Source: a virus. Taken from it: a stretch of DNA of 48,568 nucleotides. This document shows, in pieces, positions 26,338 to 35,195 of this stretch. The position numbers were made by a program, and so were the translations under genes. The stretch is from IMG/VR virus record IMGVR_UViG_3300011936_000008, positions 1 to 48,568 of that record; one strand, given 5' to 3'. Numbering within the stretch: the stretch's first letter is position 1; the number at the start of each line of letters is the position of its first letter. The notes beneath the pieces were generated by a model. That model was given only the letters and a program-made list of their open reading frames with translations, made no database searches and was not told the DNA's origin.

Positions 26338-27360
26338 TTACAGAACTTTAGCCTTGAAAGCGGCATCGGGGCTGTACAGGGCGGGCATCGCCACAGAATC
26401 CACAACAATGTCACGCAGGGACGCAACGTTAGGACGCTGAACGATATTAGCCACGATACCCTGACCGTTAACGCCAGTCCAGCCGAGGCTAACAGCGGTC
26501 ACGGTTCGAGAGAACACGGTCTCGCCGAGAATACGGTTATCGGTAGGCGGAAGCAGGAAGATGCTGTCGTTATCCAGAACATCCACCGGGCCGTCATAAG
26601 TGTTCACCTGACGGTCGTACAGGGTAACCTGCGGGAGCAACTGGCCGGCGAGGATGCTGTTCACTTCCTCAAGTGTTGCGGGGCGGTACCCATCACCAAT
26701 CTTGGTAGCAAACTGAGTGCTGGTCTGGATAGCCAGGAACACGCGGGTAGACATCACCATAGCGCCGGGGTAGAAGCCGTTGAGCTTCTTGTATGCCTGG
26801 CGGAGCTTAATCAACTCCTGCAGGATGTTGGTGCCCGCAGCATCAAACTTAGCCGCCACGGTCACATCCGCCTCAGCAGAGCGACCCCAAACGTCCTCAG
26901 TCACGCCACCGGCTTCGGTCTCAACCAGGAACTTTGCCTTGTTGAGGGTCTGCCCACGCTGGTACTCAAGACGGTCAGCAATCGACTCTACGCCCTGCAT
27001 GACCTTATCCTCAATGGACTTGCGGATAGTGTCGTTGGACTGGATGCGAGCGCGAAGCTGGTCCTTTTCGCCTATGGTGTATTTCTGAGTCAAGGGGATG
27101 TTCTCAAAACGAACAATCTTGACGGGGGGCTGGGTACCACGGCTAGGCTCAGCATCCCAGGCGCGGTTGAACGCCATGACGGGGCGGGTAACCTTGAGGT
27201 CCTTGGTGTTCAGGTCAATGCCCTCAACGTAGCGCTCGGGGAAGAACGAAAGCAGGGAGTTAGCCGCAATCTCCTGTGCCTGAATGTTCTTGTAGTACTC
27301 TTCCGCGAAGCCGGTCAGGTACTCCGGGGTAGCAATCTGGTCCAAATCATAAGTAGACAT
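26338..27360 (-). CDS. Major capsid protein (340 aa)
   Basis: Position after the scaffold gene in the head module; TAATG start/stop coupling with the upstream gene. Confidence 0.7.
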   Translation of the reverse strand: MSTYDLDQIATPEYLTGFAEEYYKNIQAQEIAANSLLSFFPERYVEGIDLNTKDLKVTRPVMAFNRAWDAEPSRGTQPPVKIVRFENIPLTQKYTIGEKDQLRARIQSNDTIRKSIEDKVMQGVESIADRLEYQRGQTLNKAKFLVETEAGGVTEDVWGRSAEADVTVAAKFDAAGTNILQELIKLRQAYKKLNGFYPGAMVMSTRVFLAIQTSTQFATKIGDGYRPATLEEVNSILAGQLLPQVTLYDRQVNTYDGPVDVLDNDSIFLLPPTDNRILGETVFSRTVTAVSLGWTGVNGQGIVANIVQRPNVASLRDIVVDSVAMPALYSPDAAFKAKVL

Positions 27361-27725
27361 TAGTTAGCGCCCTCCATGAAGATAAAGTGCTTGCTATCTG
27401 CGGGCTTCTCCAGAGCAGAACCAGAGGCGAGCTTAGGCAGACGCTTATGAATGATAATTCCCTTGACAACAACCGCTACCTGCTCCGTGCCGGTGGTGTT
27501 GGCGTGGTCGAACAGCAGGAATCCTGCGGGGTCAGCCGCGGCGGGCTTTACCTTGTTGGCTTCGATAGTCACGGGGTAGCCGGACGGTACGCCGTTGTAT
27601 TTCTTGATAACTTCCGCAAAATCTTCGGCGCTGATGGTGAGCGACTGAGCCTCAATCGAAGCGGTCTCACCAGACAACCAAGCCGGGAGGTTGCGGTTAA
27701 TGGTAGTGCTATGCAGATTAGGCAC
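27360..27725 (-). CDS. Hypothetical head protein (121 aa), possibly a decoration/accessory protein
   Basis: Lies between the scaffold and capsid genes; RBS AGAGAGG before GTG 27725. Confidence 0.4.
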   Translation of the reverse strand: MPNLHSTTINRNLPAWLSGETASIEAQSLTISAEDFAEVIKKYNGVPSGYPVTIEANKVKPAAADPAGFLLFDHANTTGTEQVAVVVKGIIIHKRLPKLASGSALEKPADSKHFIFMEGAN

Positions 27726-27736
27726 TTGTAACCTCT

Positions 27737-28696
27737 CTATTTCTTGCTGAACTTAGCTCGCACAGCGGCGGCGCCGGAGGCGAAGCTGTTGTTAGACGCG
27801 TTACCTGTATCGGGCGCGCCATTTAGTGATGGAATGCTAGACGCCTTAGGTTTCATCTGCTCAGTCAGTGTAGCGAGGATACCGTCAAACTTAGCCTGGT
27901 CGAAGTTCCCTTCCGAATCCAAGAACGACGCGGCACCCAAACTATCGAATGCGCTCTGCAAACTCGATAGCCCGTTCGCACTCAGCCCGGCTTGAATCTT
28001 CGACTCCGCAATCTTAGTGGATGCTTTAGCCTTGTAGTCGCTGAACTCATTCTGCAACGCCTCTAGACGGTCAGCTACAGAATCATCTGCATCCTCAGAC
28101 TTGCGACCCTTCTTAGCCCGAGCCTCCCACTCACGTGAGTGGGACTTCCACTGCTCTACCTGCTTAGTCAGATTTTCAATCTGAGATTTCAGGTCTTCCT
28201 CGCTTGTTGAAGGTTCCGAAGCATCCCCTGCGGCGTTCTCCTGAGTAGCCGTTTCGGCGTTCAAGTTCTCACCTTCCGGGGTTTCCTCCGTACCAACGTT
28301 CGCAGACAAATTCTCCTGCGGCATAGTATTCCTTTCATCCCCATTCCGGGGGTTTAGCGAGAACCACCGGCGTATTCCTTCGCGCCGGGACTCTGCATCT
28401 GGCGAGCCGTCCAGCCGTGCATGAAGTTCTTCTTCCGAAGCACCATCAAGCGTGATGACCGAATCAGCCTTTATATATTCCGCAAAACCCTTTCGGTCTG
28501 CGGGGTCTGGTAGCGTGCGGGTAACCCACACGTCTTTCTGGGACCCTTGCAGGTGCAGGCTCTCTTCCAGAGCCGCCCTGAGAACAGAGTCTCCGTCAAG
28601 TAAATCCAAGTCTATAATAGCATCCCCCGGCTTGGCATGGTCTCGAACATATGTACTCTTTCCGCTGGCCGGGGGTCCTGTAATAAGCCGAATCAC
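27737..28696 (-). CDS. P-loop NTPase (kinase-like) domain fused in frame to a scaffolding-protein-like acidic coiled-coil domain
   Basis: N-terminus from GTG 28696 is MIRLITGPPASGKST (Walker A) then IIDLD (Walker B-like). The last 200 aa are acidic and coiled-coil with a Gly/Ser/Ala-rich tail, typical of scaffolds. GTGA overlap with the upstream stop and a GAGGGAG RBS. An internal ATG with RBS AAAGGAA precedes MPQENLS... Confidence 0.55.
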   Translation of the reverse strand: MIRLITGPPASGKSTYVRDHAKPGDAIIDLDLLDGDSVLRAALEESLHLQGSQKDVWVTRTLPDPADRKGFAEYIKADSVITLDGASEEELHARLDGSPDAESRREGIRRWFSLNPRNGDERNTMPQENLSANVGTEETPEGENLNAETATQENAAGDASEPSTSEEDLKSQIENLTKQVEQWKSHSREWEARAKKGRKSEDADDSVADRLEALQNEFSDYKAKASTKIAESKIQAGLSANGLSSLQSAFDSLGAASFLDSEGNFDQAKFDGILATLTEQMKPKASSIPSLNGAPDTGNASNNSFASGAAAVRAKFSKK

Positions 28697-29691
28697 GAGA
28701 CATACTCCCTCGCCTGGCGTTCCCAATACGCAATGCGGTCTTCTAGAACAGATGTTCGATAACGACGCGGCTTAGCGCGCTTACGTCTCAAGGCGGCCAA
28801 TTCATCCTGCGCGTCGATAACCTCTTCTTTAGGTGTGCGCACGTAAGACGCGCGTTCCGCGTCCTCTCCCGATAGTGCGTACTGCTCGTTCTTCGGAGTG
28901 AGACCGCTCTTCGACTTCTCAACACGGCGTGCCAGGGTAGGCCCTCGCTCTCCAGAGACATACTCAGCAATGCGCGTGTTCGATAGTTTGCTGGCGGTAT
29001 TCCCACCTGCAACCCGGTAGATGTAGTCTAGGTCTTCTCGGTTCAGCTTCAAGCCGGGGTCAGATGTGTTCGTGACGGGCAGGGTCTCGCACTTGCAGTT
29101 ATCGTGCAGCGGGTACAGCTGGTTCGTTGAGTACAGACGGTCAGCCGCCACTAGGCAGAGACCGCAGGTACCTGTCTTAGATAACTCTGGGTGTATGATG
29201 CGCCGGTACCCGATAACACCTTGCGGCGCGGCGGCTTCGTACACCCGCGCGGCGCGCTCACGGTTAGCCATGCGAACATCCGCGTCGGCCAGCTGACGGA
29301 CGCGGGATAAGGTCTTGAGCATAGCTTCCTGGTGAGAGTCACCGTTGTTCCGTGCGTTACGGTACTCGCTGACTGGGCGCTCCCACACATCCTCGGGGAG
29401 AATGTTCTTGCGTGGGTACGAGCCATCCCGTGCCGGGGATACGTCCTTGGGGAACTTCTTCCCCTCAGCTTCCAGAGCCTCTTGCAGGAACGCATCAGCG
29501 TCAGCACGGGTTTCGTCCATAATCTCTAGAACCTTCTCGACGGTATCATCCACCAAATCATCCACTGACGCTGACGTGAGAGGGTCCGAGCGCCACCTAG
29601 CGAAAAGCCACTGCACCAGAATCTCAACCAGAGACTTGTTGCGCCGTGACTGCGCGTTAGCCAGCTTCCCATAGAATCCCGAAGTAGCCAC
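28693..29691 (-). CDS. Minor head morphogenesis protein (Mu F / SPP1 gp7-like)
   Basis: Position immediately after the portal; CGLCLV ... HDNCKCE cysteine/histidine motif; basic C-terminus. Confidence 0.55.
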   Translation of the reverse strand: MATSGFYGKLANAQSRRNKSLVEILVQWLFARWRSDPLTSASVDDLVDDTVEKVLEIMDETRADADAFLQEALEAEGKKFPKDVSPARDGSYPRKNILPEDVWERPVSEYRNARNNGDSHQEAMLKTLSRVRQLADADVRMANRERAARVYEAAAPQGVIGYRRIIHPELSKTGTCGLCLVAADRLYSTNQLYPLHDNCKCETLPVTNTSDPGLKLNREDLDYIYRVAGGNTASKLSNTRIAEYVSGERGPTLARRVEKSKSGLTPKNEQYALSGEDAERASYVRTPKEEVIDAQDELAALRRKRAKPRRYRTSVLEDRIAYWERQAREYVS

Positions 29692-31193
29692 TAGACGGCG
29701 CCACCGTTACGTTGGTTCGACAGGTTAGCCTCTGGTGAGGTGTTGTTCAAGACCTGGCGGTTCTTCGGGTCTGGTTCCTGTATGCCGTCAGTGGGTTCTT
29801 CCTGCGCTTGGTTGGCGAGGTTCTGCTGAGCGGTGGCGTTAGCTACCACCAAATCCCGAAGCGCCTGGTTACCCTGCACCCGCTCAACCTCCGCAATATC
29901 CAACGCAGAGAATCCGCCGAACTTACGCAGTGCCACCGTCAGCGGTACGCCCGCAGAGGTAGCAAGCTGGACGGCGGACATGCGTTCGACGTCCGAAGGC
30001 CGCTTCGGGTTCACCCAATCGATATCGATTTTAGTAGCGTCCGCGCGCTCGGAATCCCCGCGTGCCAGCATGGCGTCCGCGAACAGACGACGAAGGGTCG
30101 AAGTAATGCGCATCTCCAGGGACTCAATATCGAAAATCAGCGGCTCGTTCTGCATGGATGCGCCCTCCGCCGAAGACGTGGACGACTCAGGGGAGAGGAT
30201 GTAGAGGGGGGTCTTCGACTCTGCGGCAAGAATCTTGATGTTATCCAGCACGACGTTGCGGATAGGGTTCAAGTCCGTGGCGGAGGACTCCCAAATATCC
30301 ACGCCGTCGGGCAGCATCAACAGCGCGTCCGGTGCGGTCTCGAACATATCTGCCGAGTACTGAATCTCGTTCCCCGCGTTGTCGTATTTCGGAAGGTTCG
30401 AGAGAACAGTCTTACGGAATGCCTGCGTAGCGGCTAGAATGCCCAGCTGCAGGATGGTGTGGTTGATGCGTGCCAGCGTTGGCAGGTGACGGTAGATGAT
30501 ACCGTCACCGTCAGAGAGTTCGTATATCGTGACGGACTCACCCTCTACCGTTACGGGCGCTTCCCACTCCCACTCACCGAGAATCGGAGAGAACTCCGCT
30601 AGGTCGGGGCATGCCCACTCACCGGTGGCCTGGAGAGGAACATTCAACTCTGCTTTCGCCAGACGGTAATACCCTGGACGGGCGAAGAGCATGATGCGGT
30701 GCTTGCGGTCAGAGGATACGTACATGGCTATTGCCGCGACGGTGTTACCCGCCGCGTCACGGTCGCAGTATGTGTGGCTTGGGGGGAGGTGCATCAGCCC
30801 GTCCTCCGTCAGCGCGAGATACCCCTTGCCGGAGGTGAGCGTATCTCGAAGCGCATCTGTCAGTTTCAGTTTGAAATCTGACTCCTGGATGAATGCCTCA
30901 ATCTCGTCATCACCGTCTGCCGAATCATCCAGCGCGGACTGCACGCTGTGTACGCCAATTCGGGGTAGGCGGGAGTCCACCAAGAGACAGGCCGCGTTCA
31001 CGCGGGATTTCTTCTGCAGGTTATACCACGCCCGCTGTACGCCAGCGTTAGTTCCTGAATTATCTGGTAGAGGGATAGGCGCGCGCCCCGAGTACCAGCT
31101 GTTCATGTCCTTGATGTGCTTACGGCGGCGGCTGAGCTGGCCGTACAAAAAATTGATGTACGCCAGGTCTTCTTCAAACGGTTGTATTTCCAA
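29691..31193 (-). CDS. Portal protein (500 aa)
   Basis: Size and position directly after the large terminase gene; acidic C-terminal tail. Confidence 0.75.
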   Translation of the reverse strand: MEIQPFEEDLAYINFLYGQLSRRRKHIKDMNSWYSGRAPIPLPDNSGTNAGVQRAWYNLQKKSRVNAACLLVDSRLPRIGVHSVQSALDDSADGDDEIEAFIQESDFKLKLTDALRDTLTSGKGYLALTEDGLMHLPPSHTYCDRDAAGNTVAAIAMYVSSDRKHRIMLFARPGYYRLAKAELNVPLQATGEWACPDLAEFSPILGEWEWEAPVTVEGESVTIYELSDGDGIIYRHLPTLARINHTILQLGILAATQAFRKTVLSNLPKYDNAGNEIQYSADMFETAPDALLMLPDGVDIWESSATDLNPIRNVVLDNIKILAAESKTPLYILSPESSTSSAEGASMQNEPLIFDIESLEMRITSTLRRLFADAMLARGDSERADATKIDIDWVNPKRPSDVERMSAVQLATSAGVPLTVALRKFGGFSALDIAEVERVQGNQALRDLVVANATAQQNLANQAQEEPTDGIQEPDPKNRQVLNNTSPEANLSNQRNGGAV

Positions 31194-31197
31194 AGTA

Positions 31198-32943
31198 TTA
31201 CCTCAATCGCATAGGGGCGGCAGATTCACGAGCCGGGGCTATAGTGTGCCCCTTCGCGCTCACGCGTAGCTTAGACTGATACGCCAGCATGAGAGCGTAA
31301 GCCGCGTCAATCTTTCGCGCGGACGACGGCGACTCCTTATACATGATTCTACCTGCCTTTGTCTCTCGGTACTGAGCGTTATTGAGGTGACGCATCAACA
31401 CGCCGGGGCCTGTCAGCTTCACCTCACGTTCGTACAGGGCAACCCGCAGAGAGCGCGTGGATTCGGCGACCCTGTTCAGTTGGTTACCTCTCCATAGCAT
31501 GGAACCAAACCCATACTTCGAGCCCCGTCGTGCTGATGCTCGCTTCGCGTTAATAAGTGACTCCCACTCAGCGGCTAGTGACTCCCACCCTGCGGGGTCG
31601 AACAGACCATCAACCACGTTGAAGTCCTGGATAAACTTCCGCATCACGTCGTCAATCTCTGCTCGGGGTGGCTCCCAGCCACGACCGGATTCGTCGTCCG
31701 GTTGTTCCCAGACACGCACAGCCCATGCCAGGCCATCAGATACCCTCATGGCTACAATAGCCGTAGCGTCGGTAACGCCGCGCGAGCGACCCCAAGAGCC
31801 GTCGAAGCCCACCACCAGCATGTCTTGCCGGGTGATGGGGTCGATACCGGAGGCTTCCAGGTTCTCGTGGGTCGTGGCTTGCAGAACGTCATACGGGATG
31901 AACGCATCAGCCGAAGCGTGCGGCTTGTTACCGAAGTACCGAGCCGCGTCTGATAGCGTCGTGGCGGGGTCGAACACATCATCCAACACACCATTGATGC
32001 GCACCCACCCACCGGGATAGGGTGAGCCTTCAACACCGCAGGGTGGGGTGTGAATCTTGCATCCGGTGGGGGACTTTAACGAATCCCCGTAGGCGTGCTC
32101 AAGTCCAGAAATGATGCTGGACGGGTCGGACAAGTCAGGGTCTCCCCAGTCCCTAGTGTCATAGAGGATGTTGTTACGGAACGACTCTCCGGCCATACCC
32201 TTCTGCCACGCATTCCAGGTCTGCTCTGCGAAAGAGCCTTCCCCAGGCACGAATGCGTTCGGGGCTTCCAGCAAAGTTCCGTCCGCCTTCGACAGGTTTC
32301 GCTTCGCTACCGCGCCGAGACGGTCGCCGCCGTTTGACGGTACCCATGTCTCCGTCTGGTCGGCAATCGTGAACTGGTTCGGCTTACCCTCAAGCGAGCG
32401 GGCCGAGGATGTACGCGGCGCAATAAGCCCATTGTGGGGTAACAGAATACGGGTCTCCATCACTTCCACGCCGGGGTATTCCCAGAGAAGATGCTCTGAC
32501 GACATCATCTCCTTCATAGGCTCGAAGGCGTTTCGGGTCTGCTCTTCCGAGACGGCAAGCAAGGTGATTTCTACTTTTCGCTCCGCGTTCCAGGGCTGCC
32601 CAACAGGTCGTCCGTTTGAATCCCATCCCGCGAAGCGGCATGGGCCGAGAGCCTCGAAGGCGGCAATCGCGGCTAGGAACGGACTCTTCCCCCATCCTTT
32701 TGGACGCTGTATAACACCACGCCGGTACACACGCTCCCCTGTGATGGGGTCAATGCGGTACCAACGCAGGATGAACTCAGCCTGTTCCCGTGTCGGGCGA
32801 AACGGTTCATCCCACGTGACGGTGGGGCGGGACAAGTACGTCTCCATCCACTCAAGGGCAATATACCCAAGAGTAGGCACCTCCCCCTTGTATCGTGGCT
32901 TGAATCCCGCACGCACTGGGGCGTTAGCGAATGTATCAATCAT
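31198..32943 (-). CDS. terL: Terminase large subunit
   Basis: Walker A-like RPKGWGKSPF in the N-terminal ATPase; C-terminal RNaseH-like nuclease region VVGFDGSWGRSRGVTDATAIVA; 581 aa. Confidence 0.85.
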   Translation of the reverse strand: MIDTFANAPVRAGFKPRYKGEVPTLGYIALEWMETYLSRPTVTWDEPFRPTREQAEFILRWYRIDPITGERVYRRGVIQRPKGWGKSPFLAAIAAFEALGPCRFAGWDSNGRPVGQPWNAERKVEITLLAVSEEQTRNAFEPMKEMMSSEHLLWEYPGVEVMETRILLPHNGLIAPRTSSARSLEGKPNQFTIADQTETWVPSNGGDRLGAVAKRNLSKADGTLLEAPNAFVPGEGSFAEQTWNAWQKGMAGESFRNNILYDTRDWGDPDLSDPSSIISGLEHAYGDSLKSPTGCKIHTPPCGVEGSPYPGGWVRINGVLDDVFDPATTLSDAARYFGNKPHASADAFIPYDVLQATTHENLEASGIDPITRQDMLVVGFDGSWGRSRGVTDATAIVAMRVSDGLAWAVRVWEQPDDESGRGWEPPRAEIDDVMRKFIQDFNVVDGLFDPAGWESLAAEWESLINAKRASARRGSKYGFGSMLWRGNQLNRVAESTRSLRVALYEREVKLTGPGVLMRHLNNAQYRETKAGRIMYKESPSSARKIDAAYALMLAYQSKLRVSAKGHTIAPARESAAPMRLR

Positions 32944-32949
32944 GTCGGG

Positions 32950-33414
32950 CTATGCCTCTAACCTCAGCTCGCCGTAGGTAGCGTTACCCTCTACGTGCCG
33001 TGGGGTGGGGGCTTTCTGCGTATGCTCCGCCAGCCTGCGTTGCAACTCTTCTGCAGTAAGAAGCTCTATCTTAGCCCCTGCGATAGACTTCGGCGACAAG
33101 ATGAACTCGCGCGCACTGGAGACAGCAACCTCAACGGAACGTAAAGTGGATACCCCGCTCTCGAACTTACGCGCCGCCTCTTCAATGGGCATGATGACGG
33201 ATAGGATGAAGAACTGCCATTGAGTCTTCGTAAGGTTCTGCAGAGTCGGGTGCTCCTTGAGAGAGTCCCAGAACTCTACAGTGAACGCGTGCCAGTCAAA
33301 GTAGTCGGGCAGTTCAGGCTGTGGTACGGGGCGGTATTCCAGCGGCGTAGCCTGGACGACCTCATACTGTCCTCGCTTACTGCGGGTGCTCTTGTTATTC
33401 CCCTTGCCGGGCAT
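32950..33414 (-). CDS. terS: Terminase small subunit (154 aa)
   Basis: Lies immediately upstream of terL in the late operon; size typical. Confidence 0.55.
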   Translation of the reverse strand: MPGKGNNKSTRSKRGQYEVVQATPLEYRPVPQPELPDYFDWHAFTVEFWDSLKEHPTLQNLTKTQWQFFILSVIMPIEEAARKFESGVSTLRSVEVAVSSAREFILSPKSIAGAKIELLTAEELQRRLAEHTQKAPTPRHVEGNATYGELRLEA

Positions 33415-33688
33415 AGATATTCTCCTTTGTGTTCAGTGCCTCCCATTCTGCAACCTCTTTCGTATACCGCTTGAGGCGCATACGTTGGATGGGTTTCAGT
33501 TCCTCCGGGGGTAACACTTTCAGTTTTCGTAGTGTGCGCCGGATGTGTTGCATATGCCGTCGGTGCGCTAGACCGCACTTCTTCGAGCAATACCTCCGGG
33601 GCGCGGGGACTGCGCTATACTCAAGAACAGGTTTGTGGCATCGAAGACATTTTCGATAACCATCAACCGATTCGAGTTTATGTTCCAT
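33395..33688 (-). CDS. Small zinc-ribbon protein with a basic tail; first gene of the late operon
   Basis: CLRCHKP ... YCSKKCG four-Cys zinc ribbon then HRRHMQHIRRTLRKLK. RBS AGGAGAG before ATG 33688 (the tool ORF starts at 33712). Confidence 0.5.
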   Translation of the reverse strand: MEHKLESVDGYRKCLRCHKPVLEYSAVPAPRRYCSKKCGLAHRRHMQHIRRTLRKLKVLPPEELKPIQRMRLKRYTKEVAEWEALNTKENIYARQGE

Positions 33689-34128
33689 AGGCTCTCCTGG
33701 AATTAAATTCATTTAAGACCCAATATGCCTTAAGTTGTGGCGCTTCCCCCAGTATACAGGGTCACTCAAGAGGGTTAGTAGTCACGGCGCGCGGCGTTGC
33801 GTGCCCGGGGTATTGGTGTCGTGCCGAGGGCGAAAAATTATTTTGTATGATTTTCCTCACACGTGTACGGGTGAATATTTATGACCGCACACGCGCTCGC
33901 AAAATAGAACACATTTTCTAAGCCCGTACTTTTCGAGATGGTTCAGAGCCCGAGCGACAGAACCCGGCGGAGGGGGTAAAGCGGGCGGGGGCACCACCCC
34001 TCCCCCTGGTTCGAACACGTGTTCTAATGAGCAGGTGTGGATGTGAATAGTCATGCAAGCACGCGCATACACATACAAGCAGATGTGCACGCAAAGAACG
34101 AAGATGACTTGACGCGCATCATGCAATG

Positions 34129-34198
34129 ATGTACACGCACACACGCACACACGCACACACGCACACGCGCACACACGCACACGCGCACACGCGTGTAC
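34129..34198. repeat. 70-bp perfectly alternating purine/pyrimidine microsatellite (mixed CA/CG), Z-DNA-prone
   Basis: ATGTACACGCACACACGCACACACGCACACACGCACACGCGCACACACGCACACGCGCACACGCGTGTAC has no purine-purine or pyrimidine-pyrimidine step. Shorter alternating tracts at 34059-34077, 34218-34230 and 34246-34267. Confidence 0.8.
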
Positions 34199-34294
34199 CT
34201 ATGTACATAGCCATACCCGTATGCACGCACCTATATTCACGTACCCGCATACACGTACACGCATATGATGTGACTCAATTCATATCGTTTACGT

Positions 34295-34349
34295 TTGACA
34301 AATCATCAAACAATAGTGCATTATGGATATATCAACAAAACGAAATAGT
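34295..34349 (+). promoter_or_regulatory. Early promoter-like 55-bp repeat, copy 1 (TTGACA -17/18 nt- CATTAT)
   Basis: TTGACAAATCATCAAACAATAGTGCATTATGGATATATCAACAAAACGAAATAGTG; consensus -35 at 34295-34300. Confidence 0.45.
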
Positions 34350-34475
34350 GATAGAGAGTAAGGTAGCCCAAGGGTTACCAAGAGCTTCTAGAGGCTCTAG
34401 GGAGAGTAGCAAATACCGCTAAAGCGTGATGTGAAAAGCACGGTAAAACGTGGATGACTAGACCAGAAAGAAGAC

Positions 34476-34531
34476 TTGACAAATCATCACAAAGAATGTA
34501 GAGTTGATACCAACAACAAAACGAATTGCTC
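34476..34531 (+). promoter_or_regulatory. Early promoter-like 55-bp repeat, copy 2 (TTGACA -17 nt- TAGAGT)
   Basis: TTGACAAATCATCACAAAGAATGTAGAGTTGATACCAACAACAAAACGAATTGCTC; -35 at 34476-34481, -10 at 34499-34504; faces the early operon. Confidence 0.5.
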
Positions 34532-34560
34532 TTTGATAATCAAATAGGGGACTGTGAACA

Positions 34561-34686
34561 ATGACAACTGATTTCGTCATGACGTGGGTAGCATACATGA
34601 CTTCATGGGCAACATATGCACATGAAAGCCCTATCGCATGGGTAACAAACTTGCTAAACCCGCTCATGAAAATTGCAGGTATGTAA
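34561..34686 (+). CDS. Possible small hydrophobic peptide (41 aa), low confidence
   Basis: AGGGGA 10 nt before the ATG; MTTDFVMTWVAYMTSWATYAHESPIAWVTNLLNPLMKIAGM. An antisense ORF 34458..34667 also exists, so coding status is uncertain. Confidence 0.25.
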   Translation: MTTDFVMTWVAYMTSWATYAHESPIAWVTNLLNPLMKIAGM

Positions 34687-34796
34687 AACCTGCCGCGTAC
34701 AAAGGGTTAGCCTTCTAGCCGGGTGCGATTCCCGGTGTACGCACGGGATACCTCATTATCGGGTAGCCTCAACCACCTTACGAAAGGAACCTTGAC

Positions 34797-35171
34797 ATGA
34801 ACAACAAGGAAGCTCTGGAAGTTCTATTGAACAACTACAAATCTGGGAAACTGGAACGCGTCGTCAAAGAATACGGTGCTGATGAAGTGGTCGTACAGCA
34901 TGCTGGGGTTCTGGAACTTGATTCCGGGGATTACGACGCTTATGTGATTCCAGACGTCGAAATGAAAAAGCTCAATCGCGTATACAAGGCGGTAGGGCTT
35001 GGAGATACCCGAAACTTCATTACCGGGCATTCCTACCTACCCACAGAAAAGGCTTTCATGTTCCTTGCGCCTAAGGGTGAAGACATGGACGTCTCGCACA
35101 ACCTATTTGGAACTTTTGATATGCGGGCTGTGATGGAAAAGGCTGGAACTTGCATCTACTTCATTCGCTAA
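34797..35171 (+). CDS. Early protein, paralog A (124 aa), unknown function
   Basis: RBS AAAGGAA; shares architecture and motifs with the next gene (LN.VY..LGLG ... F). Confidence 0.6.
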   Translation: MNNKEALEVLLNNYKSGKLERVVKEYGADEVVVQHAGVLELDSGDYDAYVIPDVEMKKLNRVYKAVGLGDTRNFITGHSYLPTEKAFMFLAPKGEDMDVSHNLFGTFDMRAVMEKAGTCIYFIR

Positions 35172-35195
35172 CCCGAAACCACCCTACGAAAGGAT

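Noticed and set aside
33713-33800. Attempt to place a sigma70-like late promoter upstream of gene 33688 (minus strand)
   Set aside because: A TATACT -10 candidate exists (revcomp of 33751-33756) but no acceptable -35 at 16-19 bp. Late promoters may need an activator; not reported as a feature.
33857-34422. Tool ORFs 33857..34180 (-) and 34126..34422 (+), translating as CACACVRVCVCAC / HTRTHAHTHTRTHAHAH
   Set aside because: Artifacts of the alternating CA/CG microsatellite; low-complexity translations, no RBS, inside the divergent control region.
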